The notes: generated from the sequence alone by a model not told the origin. Shown: positions 1 through 14,080, numbered from the whole stretch's first letter. The stretch is 63,861 bases of DNA, filler included, from Octopus bimaculoides (GCF_001194135.2; 8 parts of 8 records of this genome joined end to end with filler, not necessarily neighbours in it), one strand, 5' to 3'. Numbers and translations are program-made.

Positions 1-230
1 CTTATCAACTTCATCGTCACCATCATCACGTCGCCACCACCGCAACCACCACCACCACCGTAACCACTACTACCACCATCACCACCGTAACCACCACCAC
101 CACCACCACCACCACCACCACTACCACCGTAACCACCGCCATCTTCCACCACCAACACCGCCAAATCCATCATCATCATCATCATCATCAGTATCACCAG
201 CACTGCTGCCGCCGCCACCGCCGTCGCCGC
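1..230 (+). repeat. (ACC)/(ATC) trinucleotide microsatellite; representative of many (AT)n, (AC)n, (AG)n, (ATAC)n, (ATCT)n, (AAT)n and (AAC)n tracts in the window
   Basis: Direct inspection. Other large tracts include 940-1120 (TAAC), 4760-5450, 8860-9060, 32760-33480, 41310-41725 and 55800-56000. Confidence 0.97.
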
Positions 231-2044
231 GTGACATCATGGCCAAGTGTGTTCTATTGTAGCTTCGGGCTGACCAATGCCTTGTGAGTGAATTTGGTAG
301 ATGAAAACCGAAAGAAACCCGTGGTCACACACACACACGCACACACATGCATACACACGCACACACAATACAAGGAGTTGAAAGAATTGCCGCTAAACAT
401 ATTCTTCGATGTGTTAGCGATTCTGCCAGCCCGCAACCTTTGTATCAATAATAGCGAATCGGTGTTTTGCGTATTTTAAAGAATGTTAAGAATAAATGCC
501 TAAAAGTCATACTAAACCTTACAACCAGCTTTACACAAAGTGTAAAACGTTGCAATGACGGGACCATATTATAAGTATTGGCGTAGATAATGCTGTATGG
601 TGAGGAATAATTTTGCGTCAAAACTACTGAAATTTGGTAAACTAACATTGTATGGAAGCATGCTGGACCTATCATATTTTAACGTGTATAAGGAACCCTT
701 TTTTGTCAAAAATTCGGTTTAAAAAATATGGATAGTATTATAATCCCTTGCAAAACCATTTTACCAAATTTTAAGCCCCCAAATTAGGGGCTTCCTTATA
801 GACGTTAGAATACGGTAATTATCAAGGTGTTTTACACTTGAGCCTTTGATGCGTTTTGCAGAATCCACTTTGGTCGCAAACGACTGGGCCAAATCTGAGG
901 ATAATTCCTTCTGTTCCTCTCACCTGTTAGAGACCCTGTGTAACTAACTAACTAACTAATTAACTAACTAATTAACTCATTAACTAACCAGTTAGCTAGC
1001 TAACTAAATAATATTCGAACCAGTTATCTAACTAACTTACCAGCTAGCTACCAAAGTAAATAACATTGTAACTCGTTATCTAACTTACTCGCTAAGCTCG
1101 CTGAGTAACCAAATAACTGGCTAAAATATTAGTGTTGAATTTCATCCTCTGACTAAGCCCCCTTTTACTTATTTCAGTCAATGAACTGCGGCCATGCTGG
1201 GGCAGCACTATGAAGGGCTTTTTCTCCCGGGCTGCCTTTTAAAGTCCAGTACTTATTTTCACGCTAAGTTACTGGTTGTCAAGCGATGCAGACACACACA
1301 CACAAACACACACACACAAACGCAAAAGGTTTAGGTTTCTGCTGAATTTTCGTCTACCAAATTCACGCACAAGGCGTGCGGCGTAGTGCGATTGAACCCG
1401 AAAATACGAAGTTGCAAAATGAACTTCTTCAGTACAGAGCCATGCCAGCGCCGTGTTAAAAGAAAACCCCCACCCAGCACAAATAATGACACAGATGCAT
1501 TCTACACAATCACTTTCCAATGCTATATAACTCAAATTACGCCATCACACATCTGTTATACACACTCACGTCCCAATAATATAATCTAACACCCCCNNNN
1601 NNNNNNNNNNNNNNNNNNNNNNNNNNNNNNNNNNNNNNNNNNNNNNNNNNNNNNNNNNNNNNNNNNNNNNNNNNNNNNNNNNNNNNNNNNNNNNNNNNNN
1701 NNNNNNNNNNNNNNNNNNNNNNNNNNNNNNNNNNNNNNNNNNNNNNNNNNNNNNNNNNNNNNNNNNNNNNNNNNNNNNNNNNNNNNNNNNNNNNNNNNNN
1801 NNNNNNNNNNNNNNNNNNNNNNNNNNNNNNNNNNNNNNNNNNNNNNNNNNNNNNNNNNNNNNNNNNNNNNNNNNNNNNNNNNNNNNNNNNNNNNNNNNNN
1901 NNNNNNNNNNNNNNNNNNNNNNNNNNNNNNNNNNNNNNNNNNNNNNNNNNNNNNNNNNNNNNNNNNNNNNNNNNNNNNNNNNNNTATATATGTATATATA
2001 TATGTATATATATATGTATGTATGTATGTATACATACACACACG

Positions 2045-2115
<71 letters not shown>

Positions 2116-3460
2116 TCTCTGCTCTCACCTCCGAGTACTACAGAATAATTCACACAGTACATTTTTCTCTACAATCATTTCCCAATACGATAATTTCTCA
2201 TCAAAGCTACATCGTTTTAGAATTCCCTTTTATAATTGAACAACATATTGAAGAGACATTTCCTAGAAATTAAAGACAACCAGTGGGATATCACAGAAAC
2301 ACTCTAAGAAAACAAGAAAATGTAGCGATTTCAAAGCAAGTTATCAGCGGATTAGCGATAATTACAAAATGAATTAAAGGTCTTTGAGTGAAAAATCGGT
2401 AAAATAACGAATCATGTGCTGTACCGTGTTTACTATCCGTTACAGAAGTCAGTATACTGAGTTCGAATTTTGCTCGACTCCATTTTGTCTTTCGACCAAT
2501 ATAATAAAATATAATATGTACGACAAATAAAATATATGACGTTGTACTAGGGATCGATTTAAAATCGATTTCACACTCTCCTAAAATGCTTGACTCTGGG
2601 CCTACTTCAGAAGGTATTAGAAATATTGAATGATATATACAATGGTACATACAGACAGACAGATATATGTATATATACATATANNNNNNNNNNNNNNNNN
2701 NNNNNNNNNNNNNNNNNNNNNNNNNNNNNNNNNNNNNNNNNNNNNNNNNNNNNNNNNNNNNNNNNNNNNNNNNNNNNNNNNNNNNNNNNNNNNNNNNNNN
2801 NNNNNNNNNNNNNNNNNNNNNNNNNNNNNNNNNNNNNNNNNNNNNNNTATATATAAACAGATAGGTATAGACACACGTGTGTGTGTGTGTATACACGCAT
2901 ATTTATAAATGTATGTATGTATAACATTTAACAGACTAATGCACGTCACAACATTTGTAATAACTGAAAATGCTGGGATAAAAATCTCAAACGTAGCCAA
3001 GCAAAAAGATACAACGGAACAAACGTAGAAATAAGAAGAAACAAACAAACGAAAGGGAAAAATCAACTGAAGGAGAAAAGATAGAAGAATATTTAAAAAT
3101 CTAAAGCAAAAACGTAAAAATATTAGCGAAAAAGTCAAAACCCACTGTTATATAGAATGTTTAAAATTAAGGATGAACAAGAACCAAGAGAAAGTAAGGG
3201 AAGATTTATGGATGAAGTGGAAGAGAAATCTTGGAGAATAAATAGTTTGGGAAAAATAAAAATATAGAAATGTAAGAATCGCACAATTGAAACAAGGTAA
3301 AATATTCTGTGAACACAAACAGTAAATTTAGAGAGAAAGAAACAATGAAATAAATAAACGTTGAGAATATTCCAGTGAATTGTGAATACGAAGAGATTGG
3401 AGAAAATATGGAGAGTAGAAATATATCATAAGACAATTGAAATAATGTACTAGAGGAATG

Positions 3461-3492
<32 letters not shown>

Positions 3493-3744
3493 AAGAGAGG
3501 GGGAAGAGTGAGAGAGATTACGTCCAATGTAATATATTCTACGAGAAGAATGGAGAGATATTACAGCAAATGTATTGTTATACCACAGCAATAAAAGGAT
3601 TTAATAGTAAACGTATTATGTTCTTCAACTGCAGTAGAGTGAGATTACAACCGATGGTATATGACGTGTGCTGCAGTGATAGAGCGATTGTATACAAGAT
3701 GTAACAGGTTTTACAACAGCAAACAGGGATATATCGGTTTCAAA

Positions 3745-4250
3745 TTTTGGCACAAGGCTAGCAATTTCGGAGGGAAGGGGGCAAGTCGATTACACCCCCA
3801 CCTCCTCTCCAGTGCTCAACAGATACTGATTTTATCGACCTCCAAAAGGATGAAAGGCGAAGTCAACATCGGCAGGATTTGAAGGCGGTGAATGGCGGAA
3901 TCGTTAACATGCCAAGCAAAACGCTTAGCACTATTCCGTCAGCCTTTACGTTCTAAGTTCAAATTCCGCCGAGGTCGACTTAGCCTTTTATCCTTCGGGG
4001 TTGATAAAATAAGTACCTCTCGAATACTGAGATCGACGTAATCGACTTATCCCCCTTTGCCGGACGTGCTGGCATTGCGCTAAAATTTGAAAGCAATAAT
4101 TATCCTTTGCAGGCAGCGAGCTGGCAGACTCGTTGGCACGTAGGGCAAAAAGTAGGTCAAAATAAGTACCAGTTGAGTAATGGGGTGATGTAATCGGTTT
4201 ACTCCTTTCCCGAAAATGCTGGCCTTGTGCCAAAATTTGAAACCAATATT
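3745..4250. mobile_element. Cluster of SINE family B pieces (reverse 3745-3880, forward 3881-4096, partial forward to ~4245)
   Basis: Core motif present in both orientations. Further family B copies at about 5505-5705(-), 13190-13330(-), 15821-16160(+, two), 21250-21395(+), 25423-25800, 27130-27235(-), 30540-30735(-), 43865-43990(-), 47130-47320(+) and 59830-59950(-). Confidence 0.75.
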
Positions 4251-4552
4251 CTACTCTAGTGTTAATGAAATTGCGTCAAGCGAAGATCGAAACCAGGACC
4301 AAAGACTCTCAATTATTCCACTGGAATATCTCATTTTAGCTCATGTTAATTAAGTTCGCTGTTTCATAGCGGGACGGAATTTCTAGTCAGAGGGGCTGAG
4401 AAAGCAAAGCAAGGAAGGAAAAGAGAGAGAGAGAGAGAGAGAGAGANNNNNNNNNNNNNNNNNNNNNNNNNNNNNNNNNNNNNNNNNNNNNNNNNNNNNN
4501 NNNNNNNNNNNNNNNNNNNNNNNNAATAAGGGGAGTTGTGAGCAAGGGAGAC

Positions 4553-4757
4553 ATTCCTGGTGCTCACCCTTGTGTGTATAGTTTTGACCCCACCCAGAAT
4601 GTTATATATGTTGTCTCTTCGTCGTCGCGTGCAGGTTTCGTGAAAGGCGAGAGGGCGTGGGGTTAATGTACCGACAGATGTCGTCCTGTTGCGTGCTCCG
4701 TTCTCGGTGACTCGGGTCACATTCCTTCGACGGGGTGGATGAGAGCACAAGAGCAAC
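4553..4757 (-). repeat. ~205-bp dispersed GC-rich repeat, inverted partner of 14898-15103
   Basis: Near-identical reverse complement; both copies are bordered by degenerate (GTT/GTC)n on one side and CT-rich sequence on the other. Confidence 0.9.
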
Positions 4758-5744
4758 CACAGCTCCAATAACAACATCAACAACAACGAAATCGACGGAG
4801 GTGACGACGACGACGACGACGATATCAGCAACCAATGATAACATCCAAAAGAACAGCAACAAGGACAAGAAGAACACGACAACCAAAACAACAACCACAG
4901 CAACAAAAGAACGGCAACTCTAAGAAGATGAAGAGCAACAACGATGTCCTTGAAGATAAGAGAAGGCGAGCTACAGTAACAAGAACAAGAAAAGAAGCGA
5001 AAACGACGGCAACAACAACAATAACAACAAAACAATAATACAAACTAATAAAATCAATAATGAACAGAAACATATAAAATGGCAGATATCAGCGACAAGA
5101 TTAAAAAGATCAACAACAACAACAGCAAAAACAACAACAACAACAACAACAACAACGCCGTCACCATCATTTCCAGTGAACGACAGCCTGTACTGTAACA
5201 TCCGCCTTGCTACAACCAGTGCAGACCATCTCCAACACCATCACCACCATAACCACTACTGCTACCGCCACCATACCCACCACTACAACCACCACCACCA
5301 CCACCACCATCATTACAGCAACTGTCATCATTACCATCACCAACGTCGCCGCAACTACCAGCACCGCCACCACAACCACTAACACCACCCCACCCCACCC
5401 CACCATCACTACTACTGCTACTACTACTACTACTACAACAACAAAAATTGCTTAAGACACACGCGGTATGAGGTGGTCACAAGGTATGCTAAATTAATAA
5501 TTTCTAATTTTAAGATAAGGCCAGTAATTTTGAGGGAAGGGGTTTAAACGATTACATTGACCCCAGTTCATGACTGGTACTTTTTTTATCGACCCCGAAA
5601 GGATAAAAGGCAAAAATTGACCTCGGTGGTATTTGAACTCAGAACGTAAAGAGCCGTTAAGTAGTTTCTCCGACGCGCTAACGATGATACCTGCTCACCA
5701 CTGCCGGAATAAAGTAATAATCCCTTTTTAGGATAGGTACATGT

Positions 5745-6050
5745 GAAGGCGCACGGCACAGTGGTTAGAGCGTCGAGCTCCCAATCATAAGGTAGTGCAT
5801 TCGATACCAGGACGGGGTGTTGTGTTGTGTTCTTGAGCAAGACACCTTATTTCACGTTGCTCCAGTTCGTTCAGCCGTAGAAATGAGTTGAGACGTCATT
5901 GGTGTCAAACTGTATCGGCCCCTTTACCTTTCCCCTGGATAACATCAGTGGCGCAGAGAGGGAATGTTAGTATGCATGGGTGACTGCTGGTCTGCCATAA
6001 AACAACCTTGTCAGGACTTGTGCCTCGGAGGAGAACTTTCTCGGTGCAAT
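5745..6050 (+). mobile_element. tRNA-derived SINE, family D (tgttgtgttcttgagcaagacac core)
   Basis: tRNA-like A/B boxes followed by the conserved core; a related partial copy lies at about 23057-23215. Confidence 0.7.
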
Positions 6051-6498
6051 GGTTCTTTACCCTTTTATTACGAGTACAAAGCCTAAAAATTGTGCGGGGA
6101 GGAGAATAAGTTATTACCTCAAACCCAGCGCTTGACTACTACGTATTTCATCGACCCCCGAAACGGGAAATTGAACTTTTATATAAATTTGACTTCGGAG
6201 GTCTACCCAAGTGTAAATTTTGTATTATTTGATTCTCTATTTGAAAAATGTCTAAGATATATCATACATGGTTTTTTTCTCCATGTATAATTCTATAACT
6301 CCTATTAGCAAATGAAATACGTGTAATGGTGAATAAATAATATTCAATACTTTTTCCAATCTCTTATTTTGATATGTAATTACTTTGCAAATACCATTTT
6401 CCAATATTTTTCAACTCTTACTCATGCCTCACACAATTATAGCATCATCTACACCTGTTCCCTCACCTGTCACTGTCTTTTGTTTTATGTGACTTTGA

Positions 6499-6544
<46 letters not shown>

Positions 6545-6564
6545 TATTAATGTATGTATGTATG

Positions 6565-6620
<56 letters not shown>

Positions 6621-7520
6621 TATATATATATATATATGTATGTCTGCGTGTATGTATATATNNNNNNNNNNNNNNNNNNNNNNNNNNNNNNNNNNNNNNN
6701 NNNNNNNNNNNNNNNNNNNNNNNNNNNNNNNNNNNNNNNNNNNNNNNNNNNNNNNNNNNNNNNNNNNNNNNNNNNNNNNNNNNNNNNNNNNNNNNNNNNN
6801 NNNNNNNNNNNNNNNNNNNNNNNNNNNNNNNNNNNNNNNNNNNNNNNNNNNNNNNNNNNNNNNNNNNNNNNNNNNNNNNNNNNNNNNNNNNNNNNNNNNN
6901 NNNNNNNNNNNNNNNNNNNNNNNNNNNNNNNNNNNNNNNNNNNNNNNNNNNNNNNNNNNNNNNNNNNNNNNNNNNNNNNNNNNNNNNNNNNNNNNNNNNN
7001 NNNNNNNNNNNNNNNNNNNNNNNNNNNNNNNNNNNNNNNNNNNNNNNNNNNNNNNNNNNNNNNNNNNNNNNNNNNNNNNNNNNNNNNNNNNNNNNNNNNN
7101 NNNNNNNNNNNNNNNNNNNNNNNNNNNNNNNNNNNNNNNNNNNNNNNNNNNNNNNNNNNNNNNNNNNNNNNNNNNNNNNNNNNNNNNNNNNNNNNNNNNN
7201 NNNNNNNNNNNNNNNNNNNNNNNNNNNNNNNNNNNNNNNNNNNNNNNNNNNNNNNNNNNNNNNNNNNNNNNNNNNNNNNNNNNNNNNNNNNNNNNNNNNN
7301 NNNNNNNNNNNNNNNNNNNNNNNNNNNNNNNNNNNNNNNNNNNNNNNNNNNNNNNNNNNNNNNNNNNNNNNNNNNNNNNNNNNNNNNNNNNNNNNNNNNN
7401 NNNNNNNNNNNNNNNNNNNNNNNNNNNNNNNNNNNNNNNNNNNNNNNNNNNNNNNNNNNNNNNNNNNNNNNNNNNNNNNNNNNNNNNNNNNNNNNNNNNN
7501 NNNNNNNNNNNNNNNNNNNN

Positions 7521-7835
7521 ATACCGGGCGTTGTGAGTGTTTATTGAGCGAAAACACCTAAAAGCTCCACGAGGCTCCGGCAGGGGATGGTGGCGAACTC
7601 TGCTGTACTCTTTCACCACAACTTTCTCTCACTCTTCCTGTTTCTGTTGTGCCTGTAATTCAAAGGGTCAGCCTTGTCACACTCTGTGTCACGCCGAATA
7701 TCCCCGAGAACTACGTTAAGGGTACACGTGTCTGTGGAGTGCTCAGCCACTTGCACGTTAATTTCACGAGCAGGCTGTTCCGTTGATCGGATCAAATGGA
7801 ACCCCCGACGTCGTAAGCGACGGAATGCCAACAAC
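7521..7835 (+). mobile_element. SINE family A copy, 5' end lost in gap
   Basis: Near-identical to the 31688-32069 body from accgggcgttgtgagtg to gccaacaa. Confidence 0.88.
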
Positions 7836-8080
7836 ATACATATCACTTTAATATACTCCTTAATCCCGTAAAACAAATCTTCTGTGTTTTTTCATCTTCT
7901 CTCTTTCTGTGTTCACCCATTAAAATATATATATATATATATCTGTATACAATTAAAAAGGGTAAAGAATTATCAATTTATTAATTTATTAATAAATTAA
8001 TAATTAATAATTTTTACCAAGCCCTTCGGTATGTAAGCACCATTATTGGTGTGGAACTTATTTAAAAGTTCTTATACATT

Positions 8081-8219
8081 TATAAACAAAATTAAGGGAT
8101 CAGCAACAGGTTGCTTCACCACATACCGAAGTTCAGAAATAGCAGCATTTTTAGCTGCTATTTCTGAACTTCGGTATGTGGTGAAGCAACCTGTTGCTGA
8201 TCCCTTAATTTTGTTTATA
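8081..8219. repeat. Perfect 66-bp inverted repeat with 7-nt loop
   Basis: 8081-8146 is the exact reverse complement of 8154-8219; loop attttta. Confidence 0.97.
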
Positions 8220-8859
8220 TATATCTGTATATGTATATGTGTGTGTGTGTGTGTGTGTTCTATGTCTTCGCTTTGCTGAAATTGTTTCGAAGGATGTTGC
8301 CAAATTTCATATGTAGTTCTTACAAAATACGAGTGTAGAGTTACATATCTTTTTACTTAATATTCTGCACTTCATATTTTTCGAGTCTTTGTCGCTTTAG
8401 AGTGTATGCATATGTATGTGCTTACATGTGAGCACGTGTGTGTGTGTATTCAAAATCAAATAATATGAATGACGTGTAGAATAATTAAAGAAAAGAATAA
8501 AAATAGTGAAAGATAAACTCATTTCGTCATCCAACATTTTATCTGGAATCATTACGATTTCAGCTCTTAGAAAATGAAAACTTATCATTTGTCTGGAAAA
8601 CACTTAGGTTGATCGAAAATATATCTAATGACTGGAAACACGCAGAACAGAGACAAATGACTGGTACGAAAAACAAGAATGAAAATACAATGCATAAGTG
8701 GTGTCTTTCGACTAAAGACAGAGAGAATGTAAAAGACATTCGTCTCCGTAGCATCTGAACAGAGAGAAATATTGGACACGTATGGACAGCGCGTCACTCA
8801 CAAGACAAAAGGCTGACATAAAGGAGTGCTGGATATCTGCAAGAGTAGTTGACATGAAA

Positions 8860-8927
<68 letters not shown>

Positions 8928-10058
8928 AGGGGAGAGAGAGAGGGGGCGGGAGAGATAGAGAGAAATGGGAGAGAGAGGGGTGAGAGAGGAGAAAGAGTGA
9001 GCGAGAGGCTGAGGGAAAGAGAAGAGAGAAAGATAATGAGAGAGAAAGAGGCAGAGAGAAAAAGGAAGGACACAAAAGGAACGAAGAATGAGATAGAGTG
9101 TTTGAAAGCGCAACAAAAGAAAACGTTAATTTCGGTGAAAAATATGGCTGCGTATGATAGAAACGAAAGGCAAAATAATGACGATGCACGATAATTAAAA
9201 GAAAGGACAGAAAAGAGAGGAATATAAACCCAGTTCATCAAATAGCTATTATGATTTTGGCGCTTAATAGACAAGTACACTCACGCACACGCACACACAG
9301 AGAAATGTAGGTGTATCAAATACCATACAATATAAATTCCTGGTTTATTAGCATTATCTTCTCTTGTAGAGTATGTATCACAGTACCCAAATGATAATTC
9401 CGACCAGCTTTACGTGTGTAGAGGCAATAATCTTATGATTCAAGAATTCCATTCCCCAGAGTTTACATGCCTTAAGGAAAAAGACAGGTTTTTTTTGTCC
9501 GGAGATAAGATGGACACATGTTTCTGGTTCAACAGCACGACAACTGTCGAACCTTATCTCCAGTGTCCAAGGGACTTAGGTTCATACTAAAAAGAATAAC
9601 AAATATTTATGGCTCAGGTAATTTGCATAATTTAAACAGATTTGAGTAAGAGATACAACTCAGAGTGGTCGGGGGCATGTATTTGAACAACGGTGTTACT
9701 TCGGCGTGTGATCTACAAGGGAGATTACTTTACGTTACTTTTAAAATTATTTTGTAAATACTTAGCATTGTAAATGTATTTTCACAAAATTCTTATCTTA
9801 ATATTAAGAAAAGACTTATAATAATTTTGGTGGGAGGCGGCAAGTCGATTAGATCGACCCCAGTAGGAGCAGCTGATGAAGGAAATATTCTCTATGTGGC
9901 CTGTTTGTTTTTTGTGCTCTGTTTATGTTCTGTTTTTCATTTTGTCCACGTTTTTTTTTGTGACGTCCTGTACTCAGATATGCATATATATATACATGTA
10001 CATGTAAGTTTGTACATACATGTACGTATATATGCATATACTCACATATCATTTTTAT

Positions 10059-10097
<39 letters not shown>

Positions 10098-10165
10098 GCA
10101 CACACAAGACTTACACCCAAAAGCACCTTTATATTTTCTAAGTTTGGATTAGCTGNNNNNNNNNN

Positions 10166-10215
<50 letters not shown>

Positions 10216-10458
10216 ATATATGTGTTTGTGCTCTTTTGTGAGCGTGTGTAGAAAGATATGAAAGTATCTACTTATTGATTATACACACTGCGAGAACCAT
10301 TTTATGTGTAAGCACACAGACATACATAAACACACAGACACACATATACATACACATACATCACACAATCACATATACACGTACACACATTTTTGTATAC
10401 ATTCATGTATGCATGCGTGTATGTATGTATGTAATTATGTATATAATTATATAAATAA

Positions 10459-10522
<64 letters not shown>

Positions 10523-11719
10523 GAAGAGATATTGCTATATATATGCATATATCAATACATACATACGTACACATACACACACACACACATATACATATAT
10601 ATAAATATACTTACAACTAATTGTACGAGAGCATTCATTTACAATTTCCAGTTTGCATATACACCTTTATACACCAATAAGTAAGTAGATGGATGCACGT
10701 ATATAAATGTAAGTATGCGTCTGCAAGTGTATATAAATACCATATGTACATCTAAGTATTCATGCACCACAGCTTCATACCTCAATGAAGATGGCATTTA
10801 TTTCAAACCTGTTTGATCTCCTCCGACAATATGATATTACTCTTAGAAAACCGATTTGCTGTGTTCATCTGTCATAATACGATATTTCAGATTAAAAGAG
10901 GTTTAATACCGTTAATACATTCAATATTACTTGCATAATCCATTATTTCTGGCAGCAATCTTTTAATTCTTTGAAGCAAAATAATATTTTTATGACGTCC
11001 GCTTATATCTTTTAATTTTATTTTTCATAACATATTCTTATTATTTCCGCCATTTTCCACTTTTCTTCGCCTTTTTCCGTCCTTCTCCGCCTTTCTCATA
11101 TTTTCGTATTTCTCATACGCTTTTAAACTTCCATTTTTTTTAAAGCTTTTTCTTGTATTAATATATTTTATCCTTTCCCATCAGTTATTTTTTTCTCTCT
11201 TATATAACGCATTTAGCATACGTTTCTTAATTTTCCACGCTGACCATCACTAAATTTATCTCACTTTTACTGTATCCTCTTCAACATTCCCCACTTCCCA
11301 CCCGATGTTCTTTGGCTTTTCTCTATCTTCGGGTAATTTTTTTCTCTGACTATTTATTCCACCGCGGCTTTCTTCCAGTTCTTTCTACTTTTCCCTTTTA
11401 ATGCTTCTCTCATTCTTTTTATCAACTTTGTGCATTCCTTATTTGTTGACATTTTCCAGTCTTTATCGATTTTCTCTATATTTCATTGGTTTCTCCCAGT
11501 ATTTCTTCTGCTTCCTATATCTTTCCTATGGCTTTCGCAGCATTCTTCGGCATTCTTCGGCTTTCGAACCCTTCTGCTCGTAATTCCTCAATTTCGTAGC
11601 TTCGATATTTCCTTATTTAATTCATACCTTTCTTTTTTGTTCGTGTTCTTCCTCTCGTTCTGGTTGTTGTGGCTGTTGCTGTTGTTGTTGTTGTTGTTGT
11701 TGTTGTTCTTCTTCTTCTT

Positions 11720-11757
<38 letters not shown>

Positions 11758-12181
11758 GTTTTTTGCTGTTTGGCTCAGATCGTTCCGGACAGAGTAGAGA
11801 CATGACCCAAGACATTCCTGCCGTAACCACCTCGTTTAGTTAATAGCTATCCAAATGTGTGCTTTCGTCTTCATAGACATTAGGCTACGATTTGACGGAG
11901 ACTTGGCTGCTATTTCTAGCACGTTGAATGAACAAACAAACATTCCCCTTTTTTTACCCGCTTTTTATCGAGTATTGTTGATGGTTATGATACTGGTGGA
12001 GTTGTTAGTAGTGGTTGTCGTCTTTGCAACGGTTGTGGTATTGTGGTGGTGGTGGTGACTGTTGTGGTTACAGTGTTAGTCGTTCTAATGTTGAATTTGC
12101 GCTTGTTAAGCTCCAGTTATGTCCACACGGTCAGCAGTGTTCAAGCCGTGATCTTGTCAGACTTAATAATTTTTTTCCTTC

Positions 12182-12524
12182 GACACTCCGTCGGTTACGA
12201 CGACGAGGGTTCCAGTTGACCCAATCAACGTAACGGCCTGCTAATGAAATTAACGTGCAAGTGGCTGAGCACTCCACAGATATCTGTACCTTTAACGTAG
12301 TTCTCGGGGAGATTCAGCGTGATGCAGAGTGTGACAAGGCGGGCCCCTTTGAAATACAGGTACAACAGAAACAGGAAGAGAGAGTGGTGAAAGAATACAG
12401 CAGAGTTCACCACCGCCCTCTGCCGGAGCCTCGTGGAACTTTAGGTGTTTTAGCTCAATAAACACTCACAACGCCCGATTTGGGCCAAGAGTCCGCTGCC
12501 CTACCACTGGGCCATTACACCTCC
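12182..12524 (-). mobile_element. SINE family A copy
   Basis: Reverse-complement match to 31688-32069 with an internal deletion in the head. Confidence 0.85.
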
Positions 12525-13349
12525 ACAGACTTAGTATATTTAATACTACATTATTCAATGTGTTCTTGCTTTTAAAGAGTGTATGCTGTAATTCGAAGAA
12601 AAAATTGGCTGCTATTTCTTACAGTTTCGTGCGACTACGTGTAAGTATCTTGAGTTTTTTTTTTGTAATTATTTCTGTAATTATTTTATTGTCTACGAGA
12701 TTTTAAGAAAAACAATGCAATACAGTTATACGTAGCTTCCCTAGTGGTGACAGCTATTACAAGAGAGATAATTATTTCTTCATAATATGAAGCGGGATTA
12801 GTATCTTGAAAAAATACGAGAAAGAGGTGCATAGAATGCAGATATATAAATATTTTTTTCTTCACGTATTTTGAAGTCCTTAAAATTTCTAGCTAATGAT
12901 AATCTTGCTATTTCATTCTTTTTCGAAATCATCAGAATGGTGTAACCTGTATATTATTCAATACAGTAAATTACAATACAAAGAAGTACCACACAATGCA
13001 GTGCAATACGATATAATATGGTACAATACGGTCCATTAGAATCATCTATAATGTTTTCTCCCACCGGTAACCACATGTGGCTTAATAATAGAAAATGAAT
13101 TATTTTCTCCGAATAAACGAAGAAATTTGTTTGTTCTTTCTTGGAACTGTAGACGAAACATGCTAGTACATCCATGACCGTCGGTATTGGTCTCAAATTT
13201 CGGCAAGAGACCAAAAATTTCGAGGTGGGGGTAGGGTTAAGTCGATTACATGGGCCTCAGTGTTCAACTAATACTTATTTTTATCGAAAGGCACAAACCA
13301 ACCTCGGCGGAATTTGAACTCAGAACGTAAAGACGTACAACATGACTGT

Positions 13350-14080
13350 AGATGTTGCAAGATATTTTTGGTAGATTAGTGGAATGATTCTTCTCTCGCA
13401 TATTCTTCCTTTTTCTTCTGTTTTCTTGTTTCTTCCAGTTTGAGCATACAACATTCGCCTCCAGCTTAATAGCTTTTCGCCATCGTTTGTGGTCAATCGG
13501 TGTCTTCTCATATTGGCATTCAAGCTATGTGTTTCGATGAAATGTCTCCTGATGGCATCTTTATGAGAAAATTTCGAGCTTTCATATCCTAGCTCATTGT
13601 AAAAAAAAAAACAGAAAAAAGAAAATAATCCATTTTCTACTGACAAGTCATATGCGTTTACTAAACGACTGGAAGGGAAAAAAACGGGGAGAAAGAACGA
13701 AAAAGAAAAAGAGAGAGAGAGAAGAGAAAGAAAGACAGAGAGAGAGAGAATATTGTATCGTAAATGTCCTCCATACACATCACAAGGCTCACCCAGCACA
13801 ACTATGATTCCAGTAAGGTAGTTGAATATATGCATATTTGATTCATAGTTGATTCGTCTTGAAATATTCATCATAGATCGTAAATGTCGCAGCTGGCAGT
13901 TTATCAGTCAAAAATTTTTTTATCAACGTCGGAAGAATCCAATAGATGCGATAGTTGGTAGAACTGTTTAGTCCATTCTGCATTTTGTGGAAAGTTTTAT
14001 GCCTTGTCGGTTCAGCAGTTGATTATTGAGCTTTTCGAAAGCGATCGCAGCAGACTTGAAGAATTGTTGTCATTAGAAAC
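13350..14080 (-). mobile_element. Degenerate RTE-like LINE 3' region
   Basis: SAAIAFEKL...GIKLSTK..VLPT (thumb) and DHKRWRKAIK..KRK (C-terminal) across frameshifts. Confidence 0.6.

Noticed and set aside
4735-5455. Thr-, His- and Val-rich ORFs resembling mucins or His-rich proteins
   Set aside because: Trinucleotide microsatellites open in several frames on both strands, with no splice or start context.
6369-7619. Long ORFs made of X, or of YI/HT/CV/LS repeats (most of the ORF track)
   Set aside because: Translations of N gaps and dinucleotide/tetranucleotide microsatellites.
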